Shown here in pieces: positions 1 through 9,910 of a stretch of 64,000 nucleotides of DNA. A program made the translations under genes and the position numbers. The stretch lies in assembly GCA_965116495.1 (NCBI GenBank), contig OZ220696.1, positions 2,048,001 through 2,112,000 of the forward strand, in the 5' to 3' direction. The notes below the pieces were generated by a model that worked only from the letters and a program-made list of their open reading frames with translations, was not told the DNA's origin and did not search any database. Each line of letters begins with the position of its first letter. Positions within the stretch are counted from its first letter, which is position 1. Origin of the DNA: Gammaproteobacteria bacterium. Its GTDB lineage: Bacteria > Pseudomonadota > Gammaproteobacteria > Eutrophobiales > Eutrophobiaceae.

Positions 1-37
1 ATCTGGCTATGGAGATGGAGTATTATCAGGAGCAGTA

Positions 38-1234
38 TTAGCTGGACTTATTCCGGTTACTATCGCCGAGCCTGACAAAGTATTTTTCCAGCCTGTCCAT
101 CGCTTCATCTATGCGCTCAATGGGCTCCGTGCCGAAACAGACCCGCAGGTGGCCTTCGCCATTGGCGCCGTAAAACGTACCGGCCTCAACGACCACGTGT
201 GCCTGTTCGAGGATTTCATCGGCGATCTGCTGTGACGGCAGTCCCGTGGCAGAGACATCGGGGAAAGCATAGATGGTCGCTTCAGGCGCCTCGCAACTGA
301 CACCGGGCATGGCGTCCATTCTCCTGACAACGAGATCGCCGCGACGCTTGTCTTCAATCACCATCTCCCTTACGCAGTTCTGTGATCCCTTGATGGCGGC
401 ATACCCACCTTCCTGTATGAACGTGTTGAGATGGGCAATATCGTTCATGGTGATTTTCAGGATGGCCGGCATGAATTTTTTGTCTGCCGCAATATACCCC
501 ATGCGCCATCCGTCCATGGCGTAGGCCTTGGTAAAGGCAAACATGGTCAGGGTGCGTTCCTTCATGCCGGGCAGGGAAGCGATACTGATGTGCCTGTTGC
601 CGTCGTAAGTGATCTGTTCATATACCTCATCCGACATCACCAGCAAGTCATGCTTTATGGCAATGTTCGCCAGGGCTTCGAGTTCCCTGTAGGTGAATAC
701 CCTGCCGGTCGGGTTTGCCGGGTTGACCAGGGCTATCATCCTGGTATTGGGCGTGACAGCACTTTCTATGGCTTGTGCATCGATGCGGAAACCGTTTGCC
801 TTATCGAGCGGGACAGGCACTATCCTGCCGCCGGGCAATTCAACTTTATTTATATGTTGAGGATAATAGGGCTCCAGTACGATGACTTCATCTCCGGTGT
901 CTATCGCCGCCATGCAGATTGCAAAGGCCGCATGGGTCAGTCCGCTGCACACAAGAATCTCATCGGCATCGACTGCAATGTGATTTCGCTCCGCGACCTT
1001 CTCTGCCAGGGCCTCCCGGAACTTCTGTACCCCGCGGAAGTCGCTGTAATGCACCTGCCCCTGGTCAAGGGCCTGCTTAGCGGCTTCCTTGATGTGCGCA
1101 GGCGTATCGAAGCTGGGCATGCCGACTTCAAGGTGGATAACATCGATACCCTGTTCCATCAAAGGTATCGCTTTTTCGTACATGCCGAAGGATTTGGTTG
1201 AGGACTCAGTGATTCGTTTTGCGGGCCATCTCAT
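38..1234 (-). CDS. PLP-dependent aminotransferase class I/II (aspartate aminotransferase-like)
   Basis: Motifs NPANPTG, SDEVY and FTKAYAMDGWRMG (PLP lysine). Start moved to ATG 1234, which has GGAGAA upstream. Confidence 0.9.
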   Translation of the reverse strand: MRWPAKRITESSTKSFGMYEKAIPLMEQGIDVIHLEVGMPSFDTPAHIKEAAKQALDQGQVHYSDFRGVQKFREALAEKVAERNHIAVDADEILVCSGLTHAAFAICMAAIDTGDEVIVLEPYYPQHINKVELPGGRIVPVPLDKANGFRIDAQAIESAVTPNTRMIALVNPANPTGRVFTYRELEALANIAIKHDLLVMSDEVYEQITYDGNRHISIASLPGMKERTLTMFAFTKAYAMDGWRMGYIAADKKFMPAILKITMNDIAHLNTFIQEGGYAAIKGSQNCVREMVIEDKRRGDLVVRRMDAMPGVSCEAPEATIYAFPDVSATGLPSQQIADEILEQAHVVVEAGTFYGANGEGHLRVCFGTEPIERIDEAMDRLEKYFVRLGDSNRNKSS

Positions 1235-1265
1235 TAAAATTTCTCCAGAATATTTGAAAAACGGC

Positions 1266-3020
1266 CTATGCAGCCCGTAGTTGAGCGGTTTCATCCTGTG
1301 CAATGCTGTAGCCCAGGGTTGTAGCGTCGTGCCGGATGGCAACCCCGTATTTTTCCCGGGCCGCGGCCATGGAAACCAGCCCGTTGCGTACGTCCCTCAG
1401 CACGGCTTCCGGTGTGCGCTGCCGGGGATCGCCGAAACCGCCGCCGCCGCTGGAAACGATGGTCATGGTATCTCCCTTGTTCAGGGTATACATGCGATTG
1501 CCGTCAATCTCGCCCTGACTGCCGTCGGCGTGCGCCAGTGTCATCCGGTGCGGGTCCGTACCCTGACCGTCCCGGATACCCAGGGGGGCGGTAAAATCCC
1601 GCGCGCCGCTGCCGAAATTGGCGCAGGCGATGTTGTCGCCCTCGATGGTAAAGGTGTAACGCACCCCGAATCCGCCGCGCCATCGGCCGGGGCCGGCGCT
1701 GTCCGGTTCAATCTCATATTCGACCACTTTGTACGGCGTTACCAGTTCATGCAGCTCGGGGTCCGGCGCGCGCAGGCCGCCCAGGGTAACCGGTGTGCCG
1801 ACATGGTCCCAGCCGTCATAACCGTGCACCGCACCGCCGCCGCCCTTGCTCATGAAGTGGATATCCGCAAAGAAGCGGCCGTTGCCGGGGTGTATCCCCA
1901 TGGTGGCCGGCGCGCACCAGCGCCCCCACATTGCCGGTACCTGGTCCGGAATGACCTGGGCCAGGGCCAGCCAGGTAGCCTCTATCATGGCTTCGCCGAC
2001 GCACAGGGTACAGCATGAAGTCGGCGCCGGTTCCCTCGCGTTCACTATAGTCCCCAACGGGGCGATGACGTGCAACGGCCGTACCGCGCCGTCATTGAAA
2101 TCAATGTCGTTGCTGATGGCGCCGGTCGCGAACAGGGCCAGGTGGCTCATGGCATTGGTGTTGGGCAGGGTGCTGTTGATGTATCCGACGGCCTGCGCGT
2201 CGCTGCCGGTGTAGTCGAAGGTGACGTTATCACCCTCGATCTTCAGGTTGAGCCGTACTGTGAAGCTTTTATCAAACTCAATGCCGTCATGATCAATCGC
2301 CCGCTCCGCGTAATATTCACCGTCCGGTATCGCAGCAATATCGGCGCGTACCCGGCGTTCCGTTACGTCCAGTATTTCCGCCGTGGCGGCGGACAGGGCG
2401 GTGGCGCCGTACCGGTCAAGCAATGCCGCCAGCCTTCTCTCCCCCAGGTTGACCGCGCCGATCTGGCACTGTATGTCCCCCTCCACCAGGTCCCGGGCGC
2501 GCACGTTGAGCAGGATGAAATCCAGCACGTCCTCGCGCAGCACGCCTTTATCGGCAAGACGCAGACAGGGAATACGCAGGGCGTCCTCCCAGGCGTCCCG
2601 GGCCTGGGGGTTGTAACCGACCACGCCGCCGCCGCCCATGTCGGCATGGTGGCCCTTGGACAGCAACCAGTAGCGCAACTGCCCGTCGCGGAATACCGGT
2701 TTCATCACGTTCAGGTCCGGCGGGTGGTTGTTGCCGCGATAGGGGTCGTTCAGCACGAACAGGTCGCCGTCGTGGATGTCGCCGGCAAAGCGTTCTGCAA
2801 TCGCCCGCGCGGTGAACGGGGTGGACGCGGCAATGTCGGGGATATAAATGGTTTGCGCCACCAGTTCCGTGTTGTGATCGAAGATGGCGGTAGTAAAATC
2901 CCGCGCTTCGGAAAAAATCGGCGAACGGGACGTGCGCAACATGGTCTCACCCATCTCCTTGCAGATGGAGGACAGGCGTGCGCTGATGATGGCAACGTCA
3001 ACGGGGTCTATCTGACTCAT
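1266..3020 (-). CDS. Hydantoinase B/oxoprolinase family subunit
   Basis: RTSRSPIFSEARDF, NDPYRGNNHPPD, HHADMGG and GGGGFGDP motifs. Start at 3020 or 3041. Confidence 0.92.
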   Translation of the reverse strand: MSQIDPVDVAIISARLSSICKEMGETMLRTSRSPIFSEARDFTTAIFDHNTELVAQTIYIPDIAASTPFTARAIAERFAGDIHDGDLFVLNDPYRGNNHPPDLNVMKPVFRDGQLRYWLLSKGHHADMGGGGVVGYNPQARDAWEDALRIPCLRLADKGVLREDVLDFILLNVRARDLVEGDIQCQIGAVNLGERRLAALLDRYGATALSAATAEILDVTERRVRADIAAIPDGEYYAERAIDHDGIEFDKSFTVRLNLKIEGDNVTFDYTGSDAQAVGYINSTLPNTNAMSHLALFATGAISNDIDFNDGAVRPLHVIAPLGTIVNAREPAPTSCCTLCVGEAMIEATWLALAQVIPDQVPAMWGRWCAPATMGIHPGNGRFFADIHFMSKGGGGAVHGYDGWDHVGTPVTLGGLRAPDPELHELVTPYKVVEYEIEPDSAGPGRWRGGFGVRYTFTIEGDNIACANFGSGARDFTAPLGIRDGQGTDPHRMTLAHADGSQGEIDGNRMYTLNKGDTMTIVSSGGGGFGDPRQRTPEAVLRDVRNGLVSMAAAREKYGVAIRHDATTLGYSIAQDETAQLRAA

Positions 3021-3049
3021 GATTTCATTATACTCCCTCACCTGATTCC

Positions 3050-3180
3050 AATTAAGAATTAAAAATTACGAATTAGGAATGAATGTGCCGCCTGCGGCGG
3101 CTGTGTAATGTGAAAACTCCAATTCCCGATTCCTAATTCGTAATTCCTAATTCGTAATTCGTAATTCGTAATTCGTAATT
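3050..3180. repeat. Inverted heptamer (AATTACG/AATTAGG) tandem-repeat element
   Basis: Left arm aattacg/aattagg units, core gaatgaatgtgccgcc, right arm multiple taattcg/taattcc units. Same layout at 60355-60497. Confidence 0.85.
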
Positions 3181-5220
3181 CCCCCACTGGTCGCAACTGA
3201 GCCCGGTGCCACCTGGTAGTACGATGGTTGTCGTCGGTTGTTCTACGATAGCAGGGCCTGAAAGCCGGTTTCCCGGTTGCAGGGCAAGGCCGTCGTAGAC
3301 GGGCACCGTCATCAACCTGTTATCGAACCAGGCGGGGCGTTCCCCCTTGCGGGCATGGTCGGCCGCAGGTCCGCCGAGTTCGTGTTTCTGTGTTACCGGT
3401 TTTTTTGTGGCGCCCGTCGCGCTCAGGCGCAGGTTGATAAGTTCCACTTCCGCGTGGGGGAGACTGTAGCCGAAGCGATCATCATGGAGCCGGTGAAATT
3501 GAGTCACCAGTTGCTCCCATGCTGCAGTGTCCGCCGTGCCGGTATCGAAGCCGAGTACCTCAACCTCGTTGAACTGGCCCACATAACGCAGGTCAGCCGA
3601 GAAATTCAGAGTCACATCTGCGCCATCGACCTGCTCCTGCCTGAACGTGGCAAGCGCCATATCCCGCATGTTATGTATGGCTTCATTAATGATCCCGAAG
3701 TCCACCAGCGATCCGACCATGGCGCAGGTACGTATGTAAGTATGCTTCAAGTCCGACAGCAACATGCCGGCAGCGCAGAATACCGAGGATTCCCGCGGTA
3801 CCAGCAAGGTGTGGATACCGAGTTCCCGGGCAATGGGCACTGCGTGTATCGGTCCGGCGCCACCGGCGACGATCATGGCAAACTCGCGCGGGTCCAGCCC
3901 GCGCTGCACAGTGACCACCGTGACGGCATTGCTCATGATCGAGTTCGCCACCCGGTAGATCCCGTAAGCGGCGTCCGTGACGGACAGGCCCAGGGGGCCG
4001 GCAACCCTGCTCTCGATGGCGGCGACGGCTGCATCACGGTCCAGTTTCAGGGCGCCGCCGTGGAAGTAATCAGCATCCAGGTAACCCAGCACCAGGTCCG
4101 CGTCCGTCACCGTCGGCTCGGTCCCGCCGCGGCCGTAACAGGCCGGACCGGGATCGGCGCCGGCGCTGGCCGGCCCGACGTGCAACATCCCGCCGTCATC
4201 GACGCCGGCGATGGACCCACCCCCGGCGCCGACGGTGTGAATGTCCAGCATGGGCACCGCCACGTGGAAGCCGGCGACTTCGTTTTCCGATGTAACGGCG
4301 GCGCGTTCATCCTGTACCAGGGCAACATCAAAACTGGTGCCGCCCATGTCTACGCTGATGATATTCCTGTAATCGTGGGTGCGGCCATAGTGAATCCCGG
4401 CGCCGGGACCGCCGGCGGGTCCCGACAGCAGGGTATTGACGGCAAACCGGCTGGTCACTTTCGGCGACATGCAACCGCCGTTGGACTGCATGATGTTCAA
4501 CACGCCGCAAAAACCGTTTTCACCCAGGCGCGCCTCCAGCTTGTCCAGGTAGCGGGCCAGTGGCGGCCCCGTGTAGGAATTCAGCGCAGTCGTGCTGTGC
4601 CGCTCATATACCCGTATCTGCGGCAATACCTCACTGGACAACGAGATGTACACACCGGGCAACGCATCCTGCAGGATTTCCCGGGTACGCAACTCATGCT
4701 TCGGGTTGAGAAACGACCACAGGTAGGAGACCGCAACGGCTTCGACCCCGGCGGAGCGCAATACTTCGGCTGCCGCACGCACGTCTTCTTCCACCAGGGG
4801 AATTATAATTCGACCGTTGGCGTCTGTTCGTTCCGCCACCGTCAGGGTCAACGCCCGTTCGATCAAGACAGGTGGAGGCGCCTGTTCCAGGTCATAGCGC
4901 TCTCCCGTCTTCATCCCGCGCCGCAGGGCCAGCAGGTCACGGAAGCCCCGAGTAGTGATGAAACCGGTATTAGCGCCGGTGCGGGTAAGGACAGCATTGG
5001 TGGTGATCGTGGTGCCGTGGACGATTGTCTCCACCCGGGCAAGGAAATCCCGCAGTTCAACCCGGTTGTCCTGCGCGGCCTGTTCCAGTGCGGCAAATAC
5101 GCCCAGGCTGGGGTCGGCAGGCGTGGTAGGCGACTTGCAGATGCGCGTGCGGCCATTCTCATCACAGACCAGCAGGTCGGTGAAGGTGCCGCCGACGTCA
5201 ATGCCGATTTGGTATCTCAT
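3133..5220 (-). CDS. Hydantoinase A/oxoprolinase family ATP-binding subunit
   Basis: Begins MRYQIGIDVGGTFTD; HGTT, SGPAGG, DMGGTSFDV and GAGGGS motifs. ORF-track start at 5463 is too long. Confidence 0.93.
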   Translation of the reverse strand: MRYQIGIDVGGTFTDLLVCDENGRTRICKSPTTPADPSLGVFAALEQAAQDNRVELRDFLARVETIVHGTTITTNAVLTRTGANTGFITTRGFRDLLALRRGMKTGERYDLEQAPPPVLIERALTLTVAERTDANGRIIIPLVEEDVRAAAEVLRSAGVEAVAVSYLWSFLNPKHELRTREILQDALPGVYISLSSEVLPQIRVYERHSTTALNSYTGPPLARYLDKLEARLGENGFCGVLNIMQSNGGCMSPKVTSRFAVNTLLSGPAGGPGAGIHYGRTHDYRNIISVDMGGTSFDVALVQDERAAVTSENEVAGFHVAVPMLDIHTVGAGGGSIAGVDDGGMLHVGPASAGADPGPACYGRGGTEPTVTDADLVLGYLDADYFHGGALKLDRDAAVAAIESRVAGPLGLSVTDAAYGIYRVANSIMSNAVTVVTVQRGLDPREFAMIVAGGAGPIHAVPIARELGIHTLLVPRESSVFCAAGMLLSDLKHTYIRTCAMVGSLVDFGIINEAIHNMRDMALATFRQEQVDGADVTLNFSADLRYVGQFNEVEVLGFDTGTADTAAWEQLVTQFHRLHDDRFGYSLPHAEVELINLRLSATGATKKPVTQKHELGGPAADHARKGERPAWFDNRLMTVPVYDGLALQPGNRLSGPAIVEQPTTTIVLPGGTGLSCDQWGNYELRITNYELGITN

Positions 5221-5356
5221 GTATTTCGGGCTCTCCGGTAAATCCGCACACAGTATAAAGTAAGCGCATGGCGAATAGGTGATGTAATTAATCCGACCCC
5301 TGATCTCTGGTATAATCGCGGATGGAATTGAGGAGCAGCCTATAAAGAATGTTGAT

Positions 5357-5707
5357 ATGAAGCAACGCTTATTACCGCCCGATTTCGCTGACCTGGAACA
5401 GTATGCCCACTGGTCGCTGGGCAGCGAATCCGAACGTCTGGAAAAACGACTCGCTTCTTCCATGGAAGAGATCCAGGCGTTCTATTCCGCCATGCTGGGC
5501 CGTATCGAAAAGGCGCTTGACCACCTGAACGGCTTTCCCCTGGAGCAGATGCCCGAACCCGAGCAACGCCTGCTGAATATGACCCTGTCGCTGGCCGAGG
5601 TCTGGGTTGCCGTGGAATTGTACAAGCAACCGGATCACCCTTTTGGTCTGGACATGCGCCGCTTCGTTCCGGGTGAATCGACTTCGGTCCCTTCACCGTG
5701 TCAATAA
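5357..5707 (+). CDS. Small hypothetical protein upstream of the Rieske oxygenase
   Basis: 116-aa helical-looking ORF, co-oriented with and 35 bp before the Rieske gene. Confidence 0.75.
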   Translation: MKQRLLPPDFADLEQYAHWSLGSESERLEKRLASSMEEIQAFYSAMLGRIEKALDHLNGFPLEQMPEPEQRLLNMTLSLAEVWVAVELYKQPDHPFGLDMRRFVPGESTSVPSPCQ

Positions 5708-5742
5708 GCATGTATGTCAGTTATTGCACGAGATGACTGCCC

Positions 5743-6957
5743 ATGGAACTGACCCATAAAACACATACGGTAAACTATCCCGAACTGGGAACGGATCCGC
5801 TCCCCATCCGGCCTTGTATCGACCCTGACGTATTCAAGGCGGAGCGGGAGGCGGTTTTCCGCCGTTCCTGGTTGAACGTTGGCCGGGTCGAACTGATCCC
5901 TGAAGCAGGTGACTATTTCGTCAGGGATATCGAGGTCTGCTATACCTCGGTCCTCGTCGTACGCGGGCGCGACAACATCATCCGGGCCTTCCACAACATG
6001 TGTTCGCACCGGGCCAACCAGGTGGTGTGGCAAACGCGCGGCAAGTGCCGGGGCGCCTTTGTCTGCCCATTTCACGGTTGGGCCTTCGATACCCGGGGCA
6101 AGCTGATCAACATGACCGACAAGGAAAACTTCTTCACCGGCCCCGATGCGAACCTGGATATGACGGAAATCCAGACTGACGTCTGGAATGGTTTCATTTT
6201 CATCCGCCTCAAGCCCATGGATGACCAGTCACTGGAAGACTACCTGGAGCCGGTCTCCACGTCCCTCAAGGATTACCCGTTCGCTGAATTGACCCGGCGC
6301 GAATGGTACAGCGTGGATGAAAAAGTCAACTGGAAGGTGTTGCTGGACGCACAACTGGAAGGCTGGCACGTGCCGTTCCTGCACCGGAACAGCCTGGCCC
6401 GCTCCACCTCCGCCGCCGGCATGTTGCTGCGCCACAGTATACTGGAAGCCCTGGGCCCCCACGGACTGGTGGGTACGGAACCGCCGCCGGTATTCAATCC
6501 TACGCCGGTGGGCGCGGCGAGCCTGAAATACGGTATCGGTGCATACGATGCGTTTGCCTTTACCGAGCCGCGCCGGACGAAAGCGGAAAAATACCACCTG
6601 CGCGGCGCCATGAACCTGTACTTCATCTTCCCCAACGTTATCATGGGCCTGATGCGCGACAGCTACTGGATGTATAACGTGTGGCCGATCGACGTTGACC
6701 GCAGCGTCTGGGAGATCGGGGTGAATACGGTCCCGCCGCGCAACGCCGGGGAGTTGTTCTGCCAGGAATACAACAAGGTCGGTTTACGCGACACCCTGAT
6801 GGAAGACACGGCCACCCATGAAAAGGTGCAGCAGGTACTCAAGTCCGGCGCCAAGGAGCACTTCCATTTCCAGGACGAGGAACTGGCATTGAGGAATTTC
6901 CATTACGCAGTCGACGCCTGTCTGGCGGCCATGGAGGACAATAAGGGTGAAACTTAG
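5743..6957 (+). CDS. Rieske non-heme iron oxygenase alpha subunit
   Basis: Rieske motif CSH...CPFH; mononuclear Fe motif NWK...EGWHVPFLH. Confidence 0.93.
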   Translation: MELTHKTHTVNYPELGTDPLPIRPCIDPDVFKAEREAVFRRSWLNVGRVELIPEAGDYFVRDIEVCYTSVLVVRGRDNIIRAFHNMCSHRANQVVWQTRGKCRGAFVCPFHGWAFDTRGKLINMTDKENFFTGPDANLDMTEIQTDVWNGFIFIRLKPMDDQSLEDYLEPVSTSLKDYPFAELTRREWYSVDEKVNWKVLLDAQLEGWHVPFLHRNSLARSTSAAGMLLRHSILEALGPHGLVGTEPPPVFNPTPVGAASLKYGIGAYDAFAFTEPRRTKAEKYHLRGAMNLYFIFPNVIMGLMRDSYWMYNVWPIDVDRSVWEIGVNTVPPRNAGELFCQEYNKVGLRDTLMEDTATHEKVQQVLKSGAKEHFHFQDEELALRNFHYAVDACLAAMEDNKGET

Positions 6958-6976
6958 CCATTACTGCGCAAGCCTC

Positions 6977-7034
6977 GTCATTCCTGCGCAAGCAGGAATC
7001 CATGGCAGGAGATTCCCGCTTGCACCGGAATGAC
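6977..7034. repeat. REP-like palindrome pair (GTCATTCC..GGAATCC / GATTCC..GGAATGAC family)
   Basis: Inverted pair read directly. Relatives at 31508-31573, about 52145-52176 and 56911-57004. Confidence 0.8.
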
Positions 7035-7056
7035 AAGACGCATCTGGAGAACAACC

Positions 7057-7419
7057 ATGTACAGCGTGAGAATTGTTTACCCGAATAAACCCGGTTCGAC
7101 GTTTGACTGGCAGCATTACTACGACGTGCATTTGCCCCTGGGCATCCGCCTCCTGCGTGAGTATCGCGGTATTGCACCGGTGAAGATCGAAGTCGATCAG
7201 CATATCACCTCGGACGGTAAGGACGGCGATGCACCGTACCACTGTATCTGCACCCTCTATTTCAACAGCAGGGAAGAAGTGGACGCCATGACGAGCCTGT
7301 TCGCGGTCGAAGAAGCGCGCAGGCAACTCGCCGAGGATTGGCCGAAATATACCCAGACCGATCCGGAACTCATGGTCAGTGAGATAGTGACTGCTGACCC
7401 GGCCACAGGCCGGAACTGA
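7057..7419 (+). CDS. EthD-family protein
   Basis: YP..PGSTFDWQHYYDVHLPL N-terminus and D.PKYT C-terminus; GGAG RBS before ATG 7057. Confidence 0.8.
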   Translation: MYSVRIVYPNKPGSTFDWQHYYDVHLPLGIRLLREYRGIAPVKIEVDQHITSDGKDGDAPYHCICTLYFNSREEVDAMTSLFAVEEARRQLAEDWPKYTQTDPELMVSEIVTADPATGRN

Positions 7420-7434
7420 ACCTGTCCCCGGGCT

Positions 7435-9390
7435 ATGGCCCAATCCAGTCCCGCCACAACAACGGACCGACCTTCACATATTACGGTAGGCGTACTGGGG
7501 CACGTCGACCACGGCAAGACCAGCCTGGTCAAGGCGCTTACGGGCATGGAAACAGACCATCTCAGGGAGGAAAAGGAAAGAGGGCTGTCGATCGTGCCCG
7601 GGTTCGCCTTCCTTGAGTCCGATGCCGGCATCATCGATTTCATTGACGTCCCCGGTCACGAGGATTTCATTCGCATGATGATATCCGGCGCTACCGGAAT
7701 AGATTACCTGTTGCTCACGGTGGCGGCGAATGAAGGGATCAAGCCGCAGACACTGGAACATTTCAATATTGCGAGTCTCCTCGGCCTTGACAAGGGCTTG
7801 GTGGTGATTACCAAGTCCGACTTGGTCGATGACGCCGGCTGCGACCGGGTCAGGGACGAGATAAGGAGTTTCACGGCAGGCACGTTCATGGAAGCCGCAC
7901 CGGTGATGGCGGCATCCGTGAACGATGCAGGCAGCCTGAACGGTTTACGGGCCGTGCTGGAAAAGCAGTTGCTCAACCCCGCCGCAAGAGCGGATAGCGA
8001 CCAGTGCTACCTGCCGCTGGACCGTGTGTTCACCATGTCCGGCTTCGGTACCGTCGCCACCGGCACCCTGAGGTACGGTACCCTGGCAAACGGCCAGGAG
8101 GTCGAGATCATGCCGCGCGGCAACCGTGCACGTATCCGTCAACTGCAGGTCCATAACAAGGTCGAAGAGATTGCGTACCCCGGGCAGCGGGTCGCGGTCA
8201 ACCTGCGTAACATCGACAGGGAACAGGTTGCAAGAGGCGATGCGCTGGCCTCCCCGGGATACCTGGAACCGACCCGGTTGCTGGACGTGGAGTTGCAGTT
8301 GCTGGAGCGGGGACGCCCGCAACCCAGCTACGGCGAGATGGCCCGGGTGTTGTTCGGAACCTGTGAAGAACCGGCGGCGCTGCGCATCCTGGGAGAGCGG
8401 CAACCGAAGCCGGGTTCGTTATGCGTGGCGCAGCTTGCCTGCCGGCGCGACGTGGCGGTGCCGGTGGGCGAACATTTTATCCTGCGCAGCATGTCGCCGG
8501 TGACAACCATCGGCGGCGGTCGTATCCTGGACAATTCCCCGGCAAAACACCGCCGCTCGGACAACAGCGCCGTGTCCCGCCTGTCCAGCCTGGCCAGCGG
8601 CGACACGGCGGAAGTCGTCGACGAGTTGATACGGGCAACAGGAGTACGGGGGATAGATATGGCTGAGCTGTCCCGTTCCATGAACCTGGCCGCAGACGAT
8701 TTGCTGCAGGGACTGGACAAGACAGAAGTTGTTTTCGCAGGACCGCAGCGCTTGTTGTCCAGGTCGGCATTCGACAGCCTGTGCGAACAGGCGCTGGCCG
8801 GGATCGGCCGGTTTCACGAGGCAAACCCGGGCCGGCAAGGACAACCCCTGACGGAGTTCCGTTCAGGCCTGGAAGCAGGCGTGGACGAACCGGTTTTCAG
8901 GTTCCTGGTTGAACACCTGGTGGATCAAGGCCTGCTCCAAACGGACAAGAGCATTATCCGGCTGCGGGATTTCGATCCCCTGGGCGCGCTCAATCCACAG
9001 GAGAAAAAGATAGCTGAGGATATTGCCTCGGCATTTGCCGCGGGCGGCCTGAAACCGCCCGAACCCGGCGAAGTCCTGCAGGGCAACCCGCAGAGGAAAC
9101 GCCTGTACCGCCTACTGGCCGATACGGGCGAACTTGTGCCGGTACACAGCAGGGACACAAACCGCGTGCTGGTGTTCCACCGCCGCAGCATCGAGGGCAT
9201 GGTGATCATGCTGGAACAGGCCTACCCCGGTTCCACCTCATTCAGCGTGGCGGACGCGCGTAAACTGGTGGATACTTCGAGAAAGTATGCGATACCCTTG
9301 CTGGAATACCTGGACAGCCGGCGCGTGACCATCCGTATCGGCGACAAGCGCAAACTGAACCCAGGGAATAAGAATTTGGGGTCAGAGTAA
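7435..9390 (+). CDS. selB: Selenocysteine-specific elongation factor SelB
   Basis: GHVDHGKT, DVPGHEDF and TKSD GTPase motifs; C-terminal SRKYAIPLLEYLD winged helix; adjacent tRNA-Sec. Confidence 0.96.
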   Translation: MAQSSPATTTDRPSHITVGVLGHVDHGKTSLVKALTGMETDHLREEKERGLSIVPGFAFLESDAGIIDFIDVPGHEDFIRMMISGATGIDYLLLTVAANEGIKPQTLEHFNIASLLGLDKGLVVITKSDLVDDAGCDRVRDEIRSFTAGTFMEAAPVMAASVNDAGSLNGLRAVLEKQLLNPAARADSDQCYLPLDRVFTMSGFGTVATGTLRYGTLANGQEVEIMPRGNRARIRQLQVHNKVEEIAYPGQRVAVNLRNIDREQVARGDALASPGYLEPTRLLDVELQLLERGRPQPSYGEMARVLFGTCEEPAALRILGERQPKPGSLCVAQLACRRDVAVPVGEHFILRSMSPVTTIGGGRILDNSPAKHRRSDNSAVSRLSSLASGDTAEVVDELIRATGVRGIDMAELSRSMNLAADDLLQGLDKTEVVFAGPQRLLSRSAFDSLCEQALAGIGRFHEANPGRQGQPLTEFRSGLEAGVDEPVFRFLVEHLVDQGLLQTDKSIIRLRDFDPLGALNPQEKKIAEDIASAFAAGGLKPPEPGEVLQGNPQRKRLYRLLADTGELVPVHSRDTNRVLVFHRRSIEGMVIMLEQAYPGSTSFSVADARKLVDTSRKYAIPLLEYLDSRRVTIRIGDKRKLNPGNKNLGSE

Positions 9391-9407
9391 AAACTCTGAC
9401 CCCAAAT
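9374..9407. repeat. GGGGTCAGAGT palindromic repeat (hairpin overlapping the selB stop)
   Basis: atttggggtcagagt-aaaa-actctgaccccaaat, 15-bp stem. Same family at 48899-48967; partial copy near 27320. Confidence 0.85.
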
Positions 9408-9434
9408 ATAGCTGACCCCACAGATGGACTGACT

Positions 9435-9524
9435 GGAGGTGAATGAAGTCTGGTGACTTCCCTGGTCTTCAAAACCAGTGACTTGCCCAACGCGAGTGGT
9501 GGGTTCGATTCCCATCCACCTCCG
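9435..9524 (+). tRNA. selC: tRNA-Sec (anticodon UCA)
   Basis: 6-bp D stem GAAGTC/GACTTC, anticodon arm CTGGT-CTTCAAA-ACCAG, long variable arm, T arm GTGGG-TTCGATT-CCCAT. Confidence 0.95.
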
Positions 9525-9679
9525 CCGATGTGTTTATATAACTAATTGAAAAAATTACAAAATTTATATTATTTCACGATATTTGTGTTTCTGTTTGTGA
9601 TATTTTAAAGGCGTTCCGCTCTACGGGGGATAACAGTTGTAACTGACTGAATTCATTAACAAGGAAGAGAGCCGCTGGC

Positions 9680-9910
9680 GGGCCGCATTCAAAAAGACCT
9701 TGCCCGAGGAGCTCCGCCGCGACCCGCAGGCCGTCTCCCGGGCCATGATGCAGGCCCAGTTCGATCACGGCACGGTATCCGGCAAATGGAAGGACGTCTG
9801 GTATGACCACCCCCTGCCTGCCATGAACGAACCGCACAAGGCGGTCTGCTCACTGACACCGCTGGAGGGCGTCCCGGGTGACCGCAAGGCAGACTTGTTT
9901 CTGAGGGCAG
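9680..9910 (+). pseudogene. Gene fragment, possibly from a transposase-like protein
   Basis: GC-rich coding-like patch (WYDHPLPAMNEPHKAVCSLT) without a good start, between AT-rich flanks; partly duplicated at 13589. Confidence 0.35.

Noticed and set aside
3277-5241. 654-aa plus-strand ORF (and similar long ORFs such as 44055-45620)
   Set aside because: Antisense shadows of well-supported genes in GC-rich DNA, with no recognisable motifs.
9374-9407. SECIS-like element near selB
   Set aside because: It is a copy of the dispersed GGGGTCAGAGT repeat also found between murA and hisG.
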